A stretch of DNA of 43,900 nt from Nitrospirota bacterium (GCA_016234185.1 JACRHA010000109.1:1-43900); one strand, 5' to 3'. Shown: positions 1-10,240, numbered from the stretch's first letter. Numbers and translations are program-made. Notes: generated by a model from the sequence alone, not told the origin.

Positions 1-51
1 AAATTGAAGTGAAGACATACCGAAAATGCGAACCCGAACCCGATTATTTCC

Positions 52-169
52 ATAACCCTTGGCGATTGTTTTGCCGCTGTCCTTTGCCATAAGCATGGAT
101 TATTCTTTGCTCACAGGAGAGAAGGATTTTAAGAGGCTGAGAGATAAGGTTAAGGTTGAATGGATGTGA
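52..169 (+). pseudogene. C-terminal fragment of a VapC/PIN toxin with a +1 frameshift
   Basis: Reads ITLGDCFAAVL, then one extra T near 85, then AISMDYSLLTGEKDFKRLRDKVKVEWM*. This matches the PIN C-terminal pattern (S/T)LxDxxxxAxA...LLTGD. Confidence 0.65.
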
Positions 170-456
170 TAATAAGAAATAGGGGAAGCGTCCCTGAACC
201 CTCAAAAGAAACTACGGGAATGGTAGGGATGGTTGATAACTCAGTACTGAAACATGAACAAGAAAACCTTTTTTTCTTGCTACGGGTTAGTTTTTTCTCT
301 TGACAGGGTGCCTTTTAATGGGCGTCCCCTTTAACTTCCTGGGAAGATGCAAGGGCGTATATGGTTGTTAGGATGAGAATCTTTGCCTTAGGGGTTTCAA
401 GTTTTATAAAATGCGTTAAATCTGATATAATTTTCTTAAACAAAAGGAGAAACATA

Positions 457-705
457 TTGACTACAGGGATAAAGCGCAAAGAAGACCTCATCAGGGTCAA
501 GCAATATATAACCGATACTAAGGGCCATAAGGTGGCTGCGGTTATCGAAATTGAGGAGCTTATCAGGCTTAAGGCAATGGTAGATATTATACCCACGTCA
601 GAAGCCTGGCTTTACAAAAACAAGGAAGCCCTTGAGAGCGTCCGCAGAGGGCTTAAGAATGCTGCTAAAGGCAGGATATCGAAACTCAACATTGATGAAC
701 TGTAG
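457..705 (+). CDS. Putative antitoxin, partner of the downstream RelE-like toxin
   Basis: AGGAG at 445 precedes an in-frame TTG at 457. 82 aa, YITDxxGxKxAAVI N-terminus, 11 bp upstream of the toxin gene. Confidence 0.6.
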   Translation: MTTGIKRKEDLIRVKQYITDTKGHKVAAVIEIEELIRLKAMVDIIPTSEAWLYKNKEALESVRRGLKNAAKGRISKLNIDEL

Positions 706-716
706 AAGAATCCTCA

Positions 717-1010
717 TTGTTTGATATCTATCTCACCGATGAAGCCCAAGAACAATTAAACCGGCTTAAGACTGACAAAGGACTTTCCAAAAGGTACAAG
801 GCAGTCAGGAAAGCCCTCCAATATCTTTCCACAAATCCAAGACACCCCGGTCTGCAAACTCATGAGTTCACATCCCTCAAGGGTCCGAAAGGGGAGAAAG
901 TCCTTGAGTCTTATGCTGAACAATCCACGCCGGCAGCATACCGAATCTTTTGGTACTACGGTTCTGGCAAAAACCAGATCACTGTTATCGCAATAACTCC
1001 ACATCCATAG
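717..1010 (+). CDS. RelE/ParE-superfamily toxin-like protein
   Basis: 97 aa. F-D-I-Y-L-T-x-x-A N-terminus, NPRHPGLQTH, YRIFWYY...ITVIAITPHP C-terminus. Confidence 0.7.
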   Translation: MFDIYLTDEAQEQLNRLKTDKGLSKRYKAVRKALQYLSTNPRHPGLQTHEFTSLKGPKGEKVLESYAEQSTPAAYRIFWYYGSGKNQITVIAITPHP

Positions 1011-1147
1011 AGAAGTCCTTCGTATTCCCCACCCTTTGTCCCGGCATAAGAACAGCCATCACCCATCATGCGGCCTTTGGGGAATTCAGCGGCTTCGATA
1101 TCCAATTCAAATTCTTAAAATATATAAGATGTACCTCAACCTACCCT

Positions 1148-1485
1148 GAAGAAGAATCGGACCAACGTATCATAAAGGGGTGGATATTTTGTCGGTAAAG
1201 TCCTCAAAGAAGCAGAGGATCGACGCCTCCGGCACCTCAAGCAGCGGCGCTCCGGAAAAATCATCAGCAAGATCACCAAAAAAAGAATGTAAGAAACAAA
1301 AGGTAATCATCGTGGAAGGTACAGGGCGGGAGCAAACGGAGGAAAGTGAGCGCAACCCGTCCGAGATCGCCTATCGAAGCAGGGAAGAACTTGGACTCTC
1401 CGGGGCAAAGATCGCGCGTCATCTGGGCGTGAACACATCAAGCATCAACCGGGCACTTGCGCGATCGGACGCAACGTACAAATAA
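1148..1485 (+). pseudogene. Frameshifted C-terminal half of an IS200-like/RAYT (Y1) transposase with a terminal HTH domain
   Basis: Across frameshifts: SDQRII..GYFVGKVLKEAE...ITKKECKKQKV..E.QGGSKRRKVSATRSEIAYRSREELGLSGAKIARHLGVNTSSINRALAR. The N-terminal HUH domain is absent. Confidence 0.6.
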
Positions 1486-1550
1486 GCATCCAGAGAACCA
1501 ACGTCCCCCAATGTTTCCAAGATCAAGATATTTTCCTAACTGCCTCCCCT

Positions 1551-1598
1551 TTCTATAAATTAGTTTCCCTGATTCTATAAATTAGTTTCCCTGATTCT
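1551..1598. repeat. 22 bp tandem duplication (TTCTATAAATTAGTTTCCCTGA x2, plus TTCT)
   Basis: Exact copies at 1551-1572 and 1573-1594. Includes the stop codon of the 1582..1851 ORF. Confidence 0.9.
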
Positions 1599-1851
1599 CC
1601 TTTCCTTTCCAATACCCTGGATTAAAAGGGCAGTTGGCATGGGGACAGATGACGCATACCTTGCTATGATAGATAATGGCCATCCATATCAGGAAGGCGG
1701 TAAGTGCGATAGATAGGAGCGGATGGATAAGCCAGAAGGCCCACGCCCCGGCAAGAGCGAAGATAATCCCGATTACAGCAACGAATATCCCCTCTCTCTT
1801 AGTCAAGAACCGTGGTTCCAAGCCTTTTTTTCTTTCAATGTTTAATTTCAT
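1582..1851 (-). CDS. Small two-TM membrane protein with a C-terminal CxxCPxxxCP motif
   Basis: 89 aa, two hydrophobic stretches, HSKVCVICPHANCPFNP. Confidence 0.6.
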   Translation of the reverse strand: MKLNIERKKGLEPRFLTKREGIFVAVIGIIFALAGAWAFWLIHPLLSIALTAFLIWMAIIYHSKVCVICPHANCPFNPGYWKGKENQGN

Positions 1852-2006
1852 AAGATATGTTTTCTGTAGTATTGTTATACGTTTATTATTATACTATAGA
1901 TATTATTCCGAAAAAGGAAAAAATATAGCATTGATCCTTAAAAAGCATAAAATGTAATTAAAGGTAAAAATTAAGATTTTATGCTACTGTTGATTCAGTA
2001 AATTGT

Positions 2007-2035
2007 TTGACATTCAGGCCATTTTTTTATATAGT
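2007..2035 (+). promoter_or_regulatory. Sigma70 promoter of the rib operon
   Basis: TTGACA-17 bp-TATAGT, 41 bp upstream of the ribBA start. Confidence 0.7.
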
Positions 2036-2076
2036 TCTGAATAGATAGATATACCCTTAATCTAGGAGATGTTCCC

Positions 2077-3279
2077 TTGAAATTCAACACAATAGAAGAG
2101 GCGATTCCCGACATAAAAAAGGGGAAGATGGTTATTCTTGTTGATGATGAGGACAGGGAGAATGAGGGTGATCTTGTAATGGCGGCAGAAAAGGTAACGT
2201 CTGAGGCGATAAACTTTATGGCCAGGCACGGACGCGGGCTAATCTGTCTTGCCCTTACAGCAGAGAGGGTTGATGAGCTCCAGCTTCCACAGATGGCAAC
2301 GGATAATACTGCCACATTCGGGACGGCCTTTACCGTATCTATTGATGCCAGAGCCGGCGTTACTACAGGCATTTCGGCTGCAGACCGGGCACACACAATC
2401 CTTGCCGCTATAAACCAGAAGACCAAACCTTCGGATCTTGCGAAACCGGGCCATATCTTTCCTTTAAGGGCGATGAGGGGCGGTGTTCTAAAGAGGGCGG
2501 GTCAAACGGAGGGATCTGTGGACCTTGCAAGACTGGCAGGACTATACCCTGCCGGGGTGATATGCGAGATTATGAATGAAGATGGTACTATGGCCAGGGT
2601 GCCGCAGCTTATGGATTTTTCGAGGCAGCACCACATCAGGATTATTACGGTTAAGGATCTTATAGAGTATAGGATGAAGAGGGAATCCTTTGTCAGGCGG
2701 GCGGCATCTGTCTCTCTTCCCACGGTCTATGGGGATTTTAAGGCTATTATATATGAAAACGATATTGACAACGAATCGCACCTTGTGCTCCTGAAGGGAG
2801 AGATTAATCCTGATGATCCTATACTTGTGAGGGTACACTCGGGGTGTCTGACAGGGGACGTCTTCGGCTCCAAAAGGTGCGATTGCGGTGAGCAACTACA
2901 CAAATCTATGGAGATGATAGCGAAAGAGGGACGCGGGGTTATCCTCTACATGCATCAGGAGGGGAGAGGGATCGGTCTTTTAAACAAGATCAAGGCCTAC
3001 AGCCTTCAGGATGATGGTATGGATACTGTTGAGGCAAACCTGGAACTCGGCTTCAAGCCTGATCTGAGGGATTATGGGATCGGCGCCCAGATACTGGTAG
3101 ACCTCGGAATCAGGAAGTTGAGGCTGATGACGAACAACCCGAGGAAGATAGTGGGGCTTGAGGGTTATGGCCTTTCGATATTAGAGAGGGTCGCAATTGA
3201 GATGCCTCCCCATGAAAAAAATCTCCACTATTTGAGGACAAAGAAGCAGAAGATGGGGCATATCCTAAATAAGGTATAA
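2077..3279 (+). CDS. ribBA: Bifunctional DHBP synthase / GTP cyclohydrolase II
   Basis: [61 protein letters not shown] with TTG start. Confidence 0.97.
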   Translation: MKFNTIEEAIPDIKKGKMVILVDDEDRENEGDLVMAAEKVTSEAINFMARHGRGLICLALTAERVDELQLPQMATDNTATFGTAFTVSIDARAGVTTGISAADRAHTILAAINQKTKPSDLAKPGHIFPLRAMRGGVLKRAGQTEGSVDLARLAGLYPAGVICEIMNEDGTMARVPQLMDFSRQHHIRIITVKDLIEYRMKRESFVRRAASVSLPTVYGDFKAIIYENDIDNESHLVLLKGEINPDDPILVRVHSGCLTGDVFGSKRCDCGEQLHKSMEMIAKEGRGVILYMHQEGRGIGLLNKIKAYSLQDDGMDTVEANLELGFKPDLRDYGIGAQILVDLGIRKLRLMTNNPRKIVGLEGYGLSILERVAIEMPPHEKNLHYLRTKKQKMGHILNKV

Positions 3280-3303
3280 AGCATAGAAGTCGAAGGAGAA
3301 ATT

Positions 3304-3771
3304 ATGCCAAAGATAGTGGAAGGTTCGATTATAGGAAAGGGGTTACGATTCGGTATTGTTGTAAGCAGATTCAACGACTTTATATCGGATAAACTCTTAG
3401 GCGGCGCTGTGGATGCCCTGACAAGGAGTGGGGCAAAAGGAGAGGACATAGAGATTGCCAGGGTGCCTGGGTCCTTTGAGATCCCCCTTGTTGCCAAGAA
3501 GATGGCCCAGACAGGGAAGTATGATGCGATAATCTGTCTTGGGGCAATCATAAGGGGCGCGACCCCACATTTTGAATATCTCTCCGCAGAGGTAACAAAG
3601 GGTATTGCCCAGATATCATTAGACCTCGTCTTCCCTATAGCATATGGGATCATAACTTCAGATAATCTTGAACAGGCGATAGAACGGGCCGGCACTAAGT
3701 CGGGCAATAAGGGATGGGATGCGGCACTCTCGGCTATAGAGATGGTGAATCTCTTTAAGAACCTGAAATAG
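3304..3771 (+). CDS. ribH: 6,7-dimethyl-8-ribityllumazine synthase
   Basis: [33 protein letters not shown]. Confidence 0.97.
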   Translation: MPKIVEGSIIGKGLRFGIVVSRFNDFISDKLLGGAVDALTRSGAKGEDIEIARVPGSFEIPLVAKKMAQTGKYDAIICLGAIIRGATPHFEYLSAEVTKGIAQISLDLVFPIAYGIITSDNLEQAIERAGTKSGNKGWDAALSAIEMVNLFKNLK

Positions 3772-3800
3772 AAACGTATTGTAGACAGATGGTATCTGGC

Positions 3801-4259
3801 ATGAGACTAAGGAGGAAGGCAAGGGAATATGCACTACAGCTTCTATTTCAGTTCGATCTTAGCAGGGATGCCGAGGGGCTTTTTGATGGCTTCTGGCAGG
3901 AAAAAATCCTCCCTCTCCAGTTGATTGAGTTTACCGATATGCTGGTTAAAGGGGCTATAGTGCACCTTGCCATGATAGACAGGATGATCATATCTAATGC
4001 GGAAAACTGGAGTCTCGACAGGATGGCGATAGTCGACCGGAACATCCTTAGGCTTGCAATCTACGAGCTGTTGTATCTGGATGATATCCCTTCAAAGGTA
4101 ACTATAAATGAGGCGATCGAGATATCAAAGCGTTTCGGGGCGGAAGAATCCGGCGCCTTTATCAATGGGATCCTTGACAGGATAGTTCAGTCTGATGAGA
4201 GGTTGATTAATAAGGCGGGAGGCATTAAGAGGATCGTTGGTACGGGTGGTGGCTCTTAA
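3801..4259 (+). CDS. nusB: Transcription antitermination factor NusB
   Basis: RRKAREYALQLLF, DRNILRLAIYEL, INEAIEISKRFG, FINGILD. Follows ribH. The start could be 3789. Confidence 0.95.
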   Translation: MRLRRKAREYALQLLFQFDLSRDAEGLFDGFWQEKILPLQLIEFTDMLVKGAIVHLAMIDRMIISNAENWSLDRMAIVDRNILRLAIYELLYLDDIPSKVTINEAIEISKRFGAEESGAFINGILDRIVQSDERLINKAGGIKRIVGTGGGS

Positions 4260-4725
4260 AGAGAAGATAACCAGGATAAGGTTTGACATAATCGTTCTTG
4301 GTTTCCTCAAATATGTAAGACCGTTAAAGGGCATCCTGGCTAATATCGACTGGATATATTCCGGGGCTATATCAAGGATGATCATAGAGGAAAAGATTTC
4401 GGGTTCGGGGGGTGAGGCGCTACTGATGGCTACCGGAGATAAGATGAAGACCCCGAGGGTTCTCCTCCTGGGCATGGGAGAGACGGCAACGTTTTCCTAT
4501 AATACTATCCTTAGATTCTCCTCTGAGATTACCGACAGACTGAGGGAGTTAAAATTGGTTGGTGGTGCATGTGAGATTCCTGATCTCCCAGGGTCAAGAT
4601 TGGACAGAACCAGATCCTTCGATACCTTTATTTCCGGATTTACGGGAGATAATACCATGGATATAACTATGCTTGTTAAGGATGATGAAACGGCTGAAGA
4701 ACTGGAGGAGAGGATCCCTATATGA
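4237..4725 (+). CDS. Hypothetical protein resembling a stand-alone peptidase M17 N-terminal domain
   Basis: RPLKG...DW..SGAISRMI, RVLLLGMG. Overlaps both nusB and purB. Confidence 0.6.
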   Translation: MVRVVALKEKITRIRFDIIVLGFLKYVRPLKGILANIDWIYSGAISRMIIEEKISGSGGEALLMATGDKMKTPRVLLLGMGETATFSYNTILRFSSEITDRLRELKLVGGACEIPDLPGSRLDRTRSFDTFISGFTGDNTMDITMLVKDDETAEELEERIPI

Positions 4726-6017
4726 TAGACAGGTATTCGCTCCCTAAAATGAAGGCGCTTTGGGAGCCTGAAAACAGGTTTAAGGCCTGGCTTAAGGTGG
4801 AGATACTGGTTTGCGAGGGACAGGCAAGCATAGGGATGATACCTTCCGGTGTGGCGGAGAGGATAAAAAATAAGGCCCGGGTAGATGTAAGGCGGATAGA
4901 TAGGATAGAAGAGACGGTTAAGCACGACGTAATAGCCTTTTTGGGTTCCATATCAGAAGGTCTCGGGGACGATGCCAAATATATCCATAAGGGGGTTACT
5001 TCTTCCGATATCATAGACACGGCCCTGGCGCTGCAGATGAAGGAGGCCGCAGATATTATCATTGATGACCTGAGGCGCCTGCTTCAAATTTTAAAAGACA
5101 AGGCAATAAAATATAAGGAAACAGTGATGATAGGCAGGTCCCACGGTATACACGGGGAGCCGATTACATTCGGTTTTAAGATGGCCCTCTGGTATGAGGA
5201 GGTTTGGAGGAATTTTAAAAGGATGGAGGTTGCAAAAGAGGCCATAAGCTACGGAAAGATATCCGGTGCCATGGGGACGTTTGCGCACCTTCCGACTTCG
5301 GTGGAGGAATATGTTGTGAGAGGGCTTGGATTAAAGCCGGACCCTATCTCAAGTCAGATAATACAACGTGACCGGCATGCCCAATATTTAACCACCCTTG
5401 CAATAATTGCGGGCAGTATAGATAAGTTCGCTACAGAGATCAGGCACCTCCAGAGGACAGAGGTGCTTGAGGCGGAAGAGTTCTTTTCCGAGGGACAGCG
5501 TGGTTCATCGGCAATGCCCCACAAGAGAAACCCCGTATCATGCGAGAACCTATCGGGTCTTGCAAGGATCGTCAGGGCAAATTCCATTGCCTCCCTTGAA
5601 GACATACCTCTATGGCATGAAAGGGATATAAGCCATTCCTCTGTCGAAAGGGTAATTATACCTGACAGTACTGTTATTATGGACTACATGATTAATAAGT
5701 TTTCAGACATCCTTGATAAACTGATAGTATATCCTGCCAATATGAAGAAAAACCTTGAACTGACCGGAGGGCTTATCTATTCAGAGAGGGTAATGCTCGA
5801 GCTTCTCAAGAAGGGTTTGGATAAAGACACGGCATACAGGAAGGTCCAGTCCCATGCAATGGCAGCGTGGAAGGGGACCGGAAAGTTTCTGAGCCTGCTG
5901 GCAGATGATCCGGAGGTCAGGAGATATCTAACATACGAGGAGATAACAGGCTGCTTTGATAATGGATATTATCTAAAAAATATAGATGAGATATACCGGA
6001 GGGTATTTGGAGGGTAG
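4722..6017 (+). CDS. purB: Adenylosuccinate lyase
   Basis: MIDRYS, KHDVIAF, GRSHGIHGEP, GSSAMPHKRNP signature. Confidence 0.97.
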   Translation: MIDRYSLPKMKALWEPENRFKAWLKVEILVCEGQASIGMIPSGVAERIKNKARVDVRRIDRIEETVKHDVIAFLGSISEGLGDDAKYIHKGVTSSDIIDTALALQMKEAADIIIDDLRRLLQILKDKAIKYKETVMIGRSHGIHGEPITFGFKMALWYEEVWRNFKRMEVAKEAISYGKISGAMGTFAHLPTSVEEYVVRGLGLKPDPISSQIIQRDRHAQYLTTLAIIAGSIDKFATEIRHLQRTEVLEAEEFFSEGQRGSSAMPHKRNPVSCENLSGLARIVRANSIASLEDIPLWHERDISHSSVERVIIPDSTVIMDYMINKFSDILDKLIVYPANMKKNLELTGGLIYSERVMLELLKKGLDKDTAYRKVQSHAMAAWKGTGKFLSLLADDPEVRRYLTYEEITGCFDNGYYLKNIDEIYRRVFGG

Positions 6018-6212
6018 ATCCCCACGGGCACGCCCGTGAGTATCTACCCAGCGAGCAAGGCGAGCATGAGGGGGAGGCTCCGATGCGGCTTTCGCCATCG
6101 GAGGGGGCGACGCAAGCCCCTTTAGATCTATCCAGCAAGCAAAGCGAGCGTTGAGGGGGAGGCTCCATCAGGCTTTGCCTGTGGAGGGGGCGACGCAAGC
6201 CCCTATAAATAG
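6018..6212 (+). repeat. Modular intergenic palindromic element, copy 1 (hairpin plus two tandem units)
   Basis: CACGGGC-AC-GCCCGTG hairpin, then two units CCAGCRAGCAARGCGAGC..GAGGGGGAGGCTCC-[hairpin]-GGAGGGGGCGACGCAAGCCCCT at 6048-6121 and 6132-6204. Confidence 0.9.
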
Positions 6213-6226
6213 AGGAGGATGTCTAA

Positions 6227-6472
6227 TTGAAGGCTCATGTGTATGTTACCTTAAAGAGGGGGATCCTGGATCCGGCGGGAAAGGCCGTTTTGTCCTCTCT
6301 GGAATCGCTGGGATACAAGGGTATATCGCAGGTAAGGATCGGGAAGTATATGGAGATAGACATAGAAGGTCGGTCAAAGGATGAGGCGGAAAAGGATATA
6401 AAGGATATGTGCGAAAGACTCCTCGCAAATACTACCATAGAGGACTATTCTTTTGAAATGGATGATAAATAA
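6227..6472 (+). CDS. purS: Phosphoribosylformylglycinamidine synthase subunit PurS
   Basis: VYVTLKRGILDPAGKAV, VRIGKY, MCERLLANTTIEDY. GGAGG RBS with TTG start. Confidence 0.95.
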   Translation: MKAHVYVTLKRGILDPAGKAVLSSLESLGYKGISQVRIGKYMEIDIEGRSKDEAEKDIKDMCERLLANTTIEDYSFEMDDK

Positions 6473-6481
6473 GGATGCTTG

Positions 6482-7675
6482 ATGAGCCTTGAAGGACGAC
6501 TGGAAGATCTGGGTCTTCCGGATATCTTCCAGATTATCGGTTTGAGTAAGAGATCAGGGGCTTTGACCATAGTGAGGCAGGAAGGGACAGGGAGACTTGT
6601 CTTCTGCCAGGGTCAGGTCGTTTATGCCAGCTCTGATAATAAAAGCAGGCTTGGTTATACCCTTGTAAAAAAAGGTCTTATTTCCAATAAGGACCTTGAG
6701 AATGCCTTGAAAACCCAGAAGTTGAAGGGCGTTAAAAAACCTATAGGCACGATCCTGCTCGATGCCGGTGCGATAGACAGGAACACACTTGAAAAGGAGA
6801 TAAAAAACCATGTTGTGGAGGTGGTAAGGGATCTTATGACATGGGAGAGCGGTTCCTTCCACTTTGAGCTTGGTGATCTGGTAGAGGGAGATGTTGCACT
6901 CAAATCTGGTATCAATCCGGAATTTCTCCTCCTTGAGGGTGCAAGGATCACGGATGAAGAAGAGAGAGAGAAGGGGAAGGCTCATGAGGTCAAGGCTCAG
7001 AGTCGGGTGATCAAAGAGAAGGAGATATCCGGAAGTACAACTGCCGAAGAGGAGAAAACAAGGAAGGAGGCGAAACCCGGAGCAGAGACCGAACCCGTTA
7101 CTGCTCAGTCTCAGACTAAACATTTACCGCAGGGGAGGAAGGACCTTGTCCTCCTCACATCAATGATCGCAGAACTCTCCGGACCGTCGACAAGCAGTGA
7201 GATCACACTTCTGATCCTCAGGTTTGCGAGTGAGTTAATGAATAGGGCGGTGCTCTTCCTGGTAAAGAAGGAGTATATTGCGGGACTTGGCCAGTTCGGA
7301 ATTGTATTCAAGGAGGGGTCTGCGGATGTCAGGATAAGGGATGTGAAGATCCCGCTTAATGAAGAATCCTTACTCAGGGATGTTATAGAAAAGAAGACTA
7401 CGTTTAAAGGCCAACTTCCTTCCGGAGGATGGAATGACTATCTTGTTGAACAACTCGAATGTGAAAGACCTCTGGAGGTATTCGTATCCCCTCTGATCAG
7501 CGACGGGAAGGTAATAGGACTCCTTTACGGTGACAATTTCCCTAATCGGGAAAGGATCGCTGAGACTGACGGACTTGAGGCCTTTATTAAAGTTTCAGGT
7601 GTGGCATTTGGCAAGGTGCTTCTTGAAAGGAGATTGCAGGAAACGAGGACACCGGAGCCGTCTGCAGGGAGATAG
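6482..7675 (+). CDS. DUF4388 (PATAN-like) + MshEN-like + GAF-like signalling protein
   Basis: MSLEGRLEDLGLPDIFQII...SGAL (DUF4388), RLGYTLVKKGLI...LENALKTQ (MshEN-like), C-terminal RAVLFLV...LLYGDN. Confidence 0.8.
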   Translation: MSLEGRLEDLGLPDIFQIIGLSKRSGALTIVRQEGTGRLVFCQGQVVYASSDNKSRLGYTLVKKGLISNKDLENALKTQKLKGVKKPIGTILLDAGAIDRNTLEKEIKNHVVEVVRDLMTWESGSFHFELGDLVEGDVALKSGINPEFLLLEGARITDEEEREKGKAHEVKAQSRVIKEKEISGSTTAEEEKTRKEAKPGAETEPVTAQSQTKHLPQGRKDLVLLTSMIAELSGPSTSSEITLLILRFASELMNRAVLFLVKKEYIAGLGQFGIVFKEGSADVRIRDVKIPLNEESLLRDVIEKKTTFKGQLPSGGWNDYLVEQLECERPLEVFVSPLISDGKVIGLLYGDNFPNRERIAETDGLEAFIKVSGVAFGKVLLERRLQETRTPEPSAGR

Positions 7676-7733
7676 TTTTGAGTTGTGAGTTTAAGAGTAA
7701 ACAGATAAGATAGAAATGGGGGGCTCACAGCAA

Positions 7734-8105
7734 ATGGAAAAAAGAGTTCTGATAGTTGAAGATTCAACTGCAATGAGATCCATGATTGCCTCTACAGTGG
7801 AAGAGATGAAAGGATATGTAACAGTAGAGGCGGCAAACGGCTTTGAGGCATTAAGAATCATACCAAAGGAAAGATTTGATCTGATTATAACTGATATAAA
7901 CATGCCCCATATAAATGGACTTGAGATCATATCTTTTGTAAAGAATCATCCCTCCTTTAACACTATCCCCATTATCATTGTAACCACTGAGCAGTCAGAA
8001 GAAGACAGGAAGAAGGGTATTTCCCTTGGGGCATCTGAATATATTATAAAACCATTCAATCCGGATCATCTTAAAAAGGTAGTAAAGAAGGTATTGGGAG
8101 GATAG
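7734..8105 (+). CDS. cheY: CheY-like single-domain response regulator
   Basis: VLIVEDS, DLIITDINMP, IVTT, YIIKPF. Directly upstream of cheA. The start could be 7716. Confidence 0.88.
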   Translation: MEKRVLIVEDSTAMRSMIASTVEEMKGYVTVEAANGFEALRIIPKERFDLIITDINMPHINGLEIISFVKNHPSFNTIPIIIVTTEQSEEDRKKGISLGASEYIIKPFNPDHLKKVVKKVLGG

Positions 8106-8114
8106 GGCAAATTT

Positions 8115-10130
8115 ATGGGATCAGAGTCCTTAAGTTCCGTTATCGCTGAAGCTGAAGAGATAATCGACGGATTAAATCAGAATCTCCTGGCCATGGAGGC
8201 ATCTGATAAATCTAACGTAAAGCCGGATCTTCTAAATAGCGTCTTCAGGGCGGCACATACCTTAAAGGGTATTTCGGGTATGGCTGGACTTAAGAATGTT
8301 TCAGATCTGAGTCACAGGATGGAAGAACTCCTGGACGGCCTCCGCATGGGCCGCTTGAGACTTACCGGTAAGCTCCTTGATACGCTCTTTGAATCAGTCG
8401 ATACGCTGAGAAGATTGATGGAGATGGCAAGTTCCGGTTCAGGGGATGATATGGATCTTGCCCCTGTACTGAAAAAGATCGAGGCAGCGGCTTCCAGCAG
8501 TCCGGATAAGGGGCCTTCTTTCGCCCCTGCCGGGGTTGAATTGAGCCAGGACATCTATAAGGTACTTACCGAATATGAGACGCACAGGCTTAATGAAAAT
8601 ATAAAGTCAGGAATGGGCCTTTATGAGATTAAGGCAAGGTTCAAGTTTGAGAGCTTCGATAAGGATCTGGTTGACCTTAATAAAAAGCTGCAGGAAATAG
8701 GAGAGATAATTACCACGCTCCCGTCAACAGGGATGTCGCCTGAATCGGGCATCGAATTTAACCTGATAATAGGCACCGGCAAGGATCATCTAAGCATACA
8801 GAATGCCCTTGATGGGGAACCTGTTGAGATCTCGGTGATAGGAGGAGGCAAAATAAAGGCGGCGCAGGCAGAGAAGGACGAGGAGACCCCTCCGCAGTCT
8901 ATCCGGGGAGATGCTACCGAGTCTATCAAAAGTCTCGCAAAGACCATTAGGGTGGATATAGCAAAACTTGACAGCCTCCTGAATATGGTGGGCGAGCTGG
9001 TCCTTACAAAATCGGTAATCAGCCGTATCAGCAAGGATCTGCTCAGGGAGGGGGAGAGGGCAATAGATGTATCAGAACTCCAGAAGACATCCCAGGATCT
9101 TGACAGAAAGGTGAGCATGCTGCAGGGGGAACTGGTAGAGGCCAGGATGATCCCCATAGGTCAGGTCTTCGAAAGGCTGCTCAGGATCGTCAGGAAGATC
9201 TCTAAAGAACTAAACAAGGAGGTTACCCTCCTGATTTCAGGTGAAGAAACAAAACTGGACAAGTCTATGGTAGAGGAGATAGCCGATCCCCTTATGCACC
9301 TGGTCAGGAATGCAATCGATCACGGGATAGAGGGAAAGGAGGAGCGCCTCAATGGAGGAAAGCCTGAGGCCGGGACCATTAAATTGTCTGCTCAACAGAA
9401 AGGTAACAGCGTTGTTGTGGAGGTTGAAGATGACGGCGCAGGGGTTGACCTTTCGAAGGTATATAGGAAGGCCCTCGAGCGGGGATTATTAGAGGAAAGT
9501 AAGGAATACGGCCAAAAGGAGCTTTTCAGTTTCTTGTTCCTCCCGGGTTTTACTACAAAGGAGGAGGCCACAGATGTCTCCGGAAGAGGGGTTGGCCTTG
9601 ATGTGGTGGCCAAGAACATAGGGAAGCTTGGCGGTATGGTGGATATGGACACAGAGCTTGGAAAAGGGACAAAATTCACCCTGACGCTCCCTATTACAAT
9701 GGTAATCATTAAGGCCCTGATAGTAAGTGTAGGGGGGGAGACCTTTGCCATACCCATAAATTCTGTCTCCGAATCGCTTATGATCAAAAAGAGCGATATC
9801 AGGACCGTGGAGAAACATGGTGTTATCCAGCTCCGTGACCGAACCCTCTCACTCCTCTGGTTGAGGGAGATATTCGCTCTTCCCTCCAAAGAAGAGGGCG
9901 AAAGGATATATGTTATAGTTGTTGGGCTGGCAGAAAAGAGGCTAGGGTTGATAGTCGATGCCATAGAAGGCCAGCAGGAGGTAGTTATTAAATCTATAGG
10001 GAAGATCCTGAAGGATATCCCCGGGATTGCAGGCGCTACGGAGCTGGGAAACAGAAAGACCATTCTTGTCCTTGATATAGGCGCCCTGATAGATGAAGCA
10101 ACCTCGGTATCTTCAAGGCCGGTCAAGTAA
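8115..10130 (+). CDS. cheA: Chemotaxis histidine kinase CheA
   Basis: HPt FRAAHTLKG, IRVDIAKLDSLLNMVGELV, HLVRNAIDHGIE, DVSGRGVGLDVV, C-terminal CheW-like domain. Confidence 0.96.
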   Translation: MGSESLSSVIAEAEEIIDGLNQNLLAMEASDKSNVKPDLLNSVFRAAHTLKGISGMAGLKNVSDLSHRMEELLDGLRMGRLRLTGKLLDTLFESVDTLRRLMEMASSGSGDDMDLAPVLKKIEAAASSSPDKGPSFAPAGVELSQDIYKVLTEYETHRLNENIKSGMGLYEIKARFKFESFDKDLVDLNKKLQEIGEIITTLPSTGMSPESGIEFNLIIGTGKDHLSIQNALDGEPVEISVIGGGKIKAAQAEKDEETPPQSIRGDATESIKSLAKTIRVDIAKLDSLLNMVGELVLTKSVISRISKDLLREGERAIDVSELQKTSQDLDRKVSMLQGELVEARMIPIGQVFERLLRIVRKISKELNKEVTLLISGEETKLDKSMVEEIADPLMHLVRNAIDHGIEGKEERLNGGKPEAGTIKLSAQQKGNSVVVEVEDDGAGVDLSKVYRKALERGLLEESKEYGQKELFSFLFLPGFTTKEEATDVSGRGVGLDVVAKNIGKLGGMVDMDTELGKGTKFTLTLPITMVIIKALIVSVGGETFAIPINSVSESLMIKKSDIRTVEKHGVIQLRDRTLSLLWLREIFALPSKEEGERIYVIVVGLAEKRLGLIVDAIEGQQEVVIKSIGKILKDIPGIAGATELGNRKTILVLDIGALIDEATSVSSRPVK

Positions 10131-10240
10131 TCCTCATCTGTACCGTTCAATTTAACAAAAAAATTACATCCCCTTAACACAATATTAACTGTAAGGCTAT
10201 ATACTAGTAGCATCAGACCATAAAAGATGAGGTTGGTCAG

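Noticed and set aside
1852-2076. FMN riboswitch upstream of ribBA
   Set aside because: The region is AT-rich, lacks RFN consensus motifs, and the predicted promoter leaves only a leader of about 35 nt.
6018-6212. Mini CRISPR array (also considered at 18531-18755)
   Set aside because: Only two units per locus, centres are palindromic and shared between loci, and there are no cas genes.
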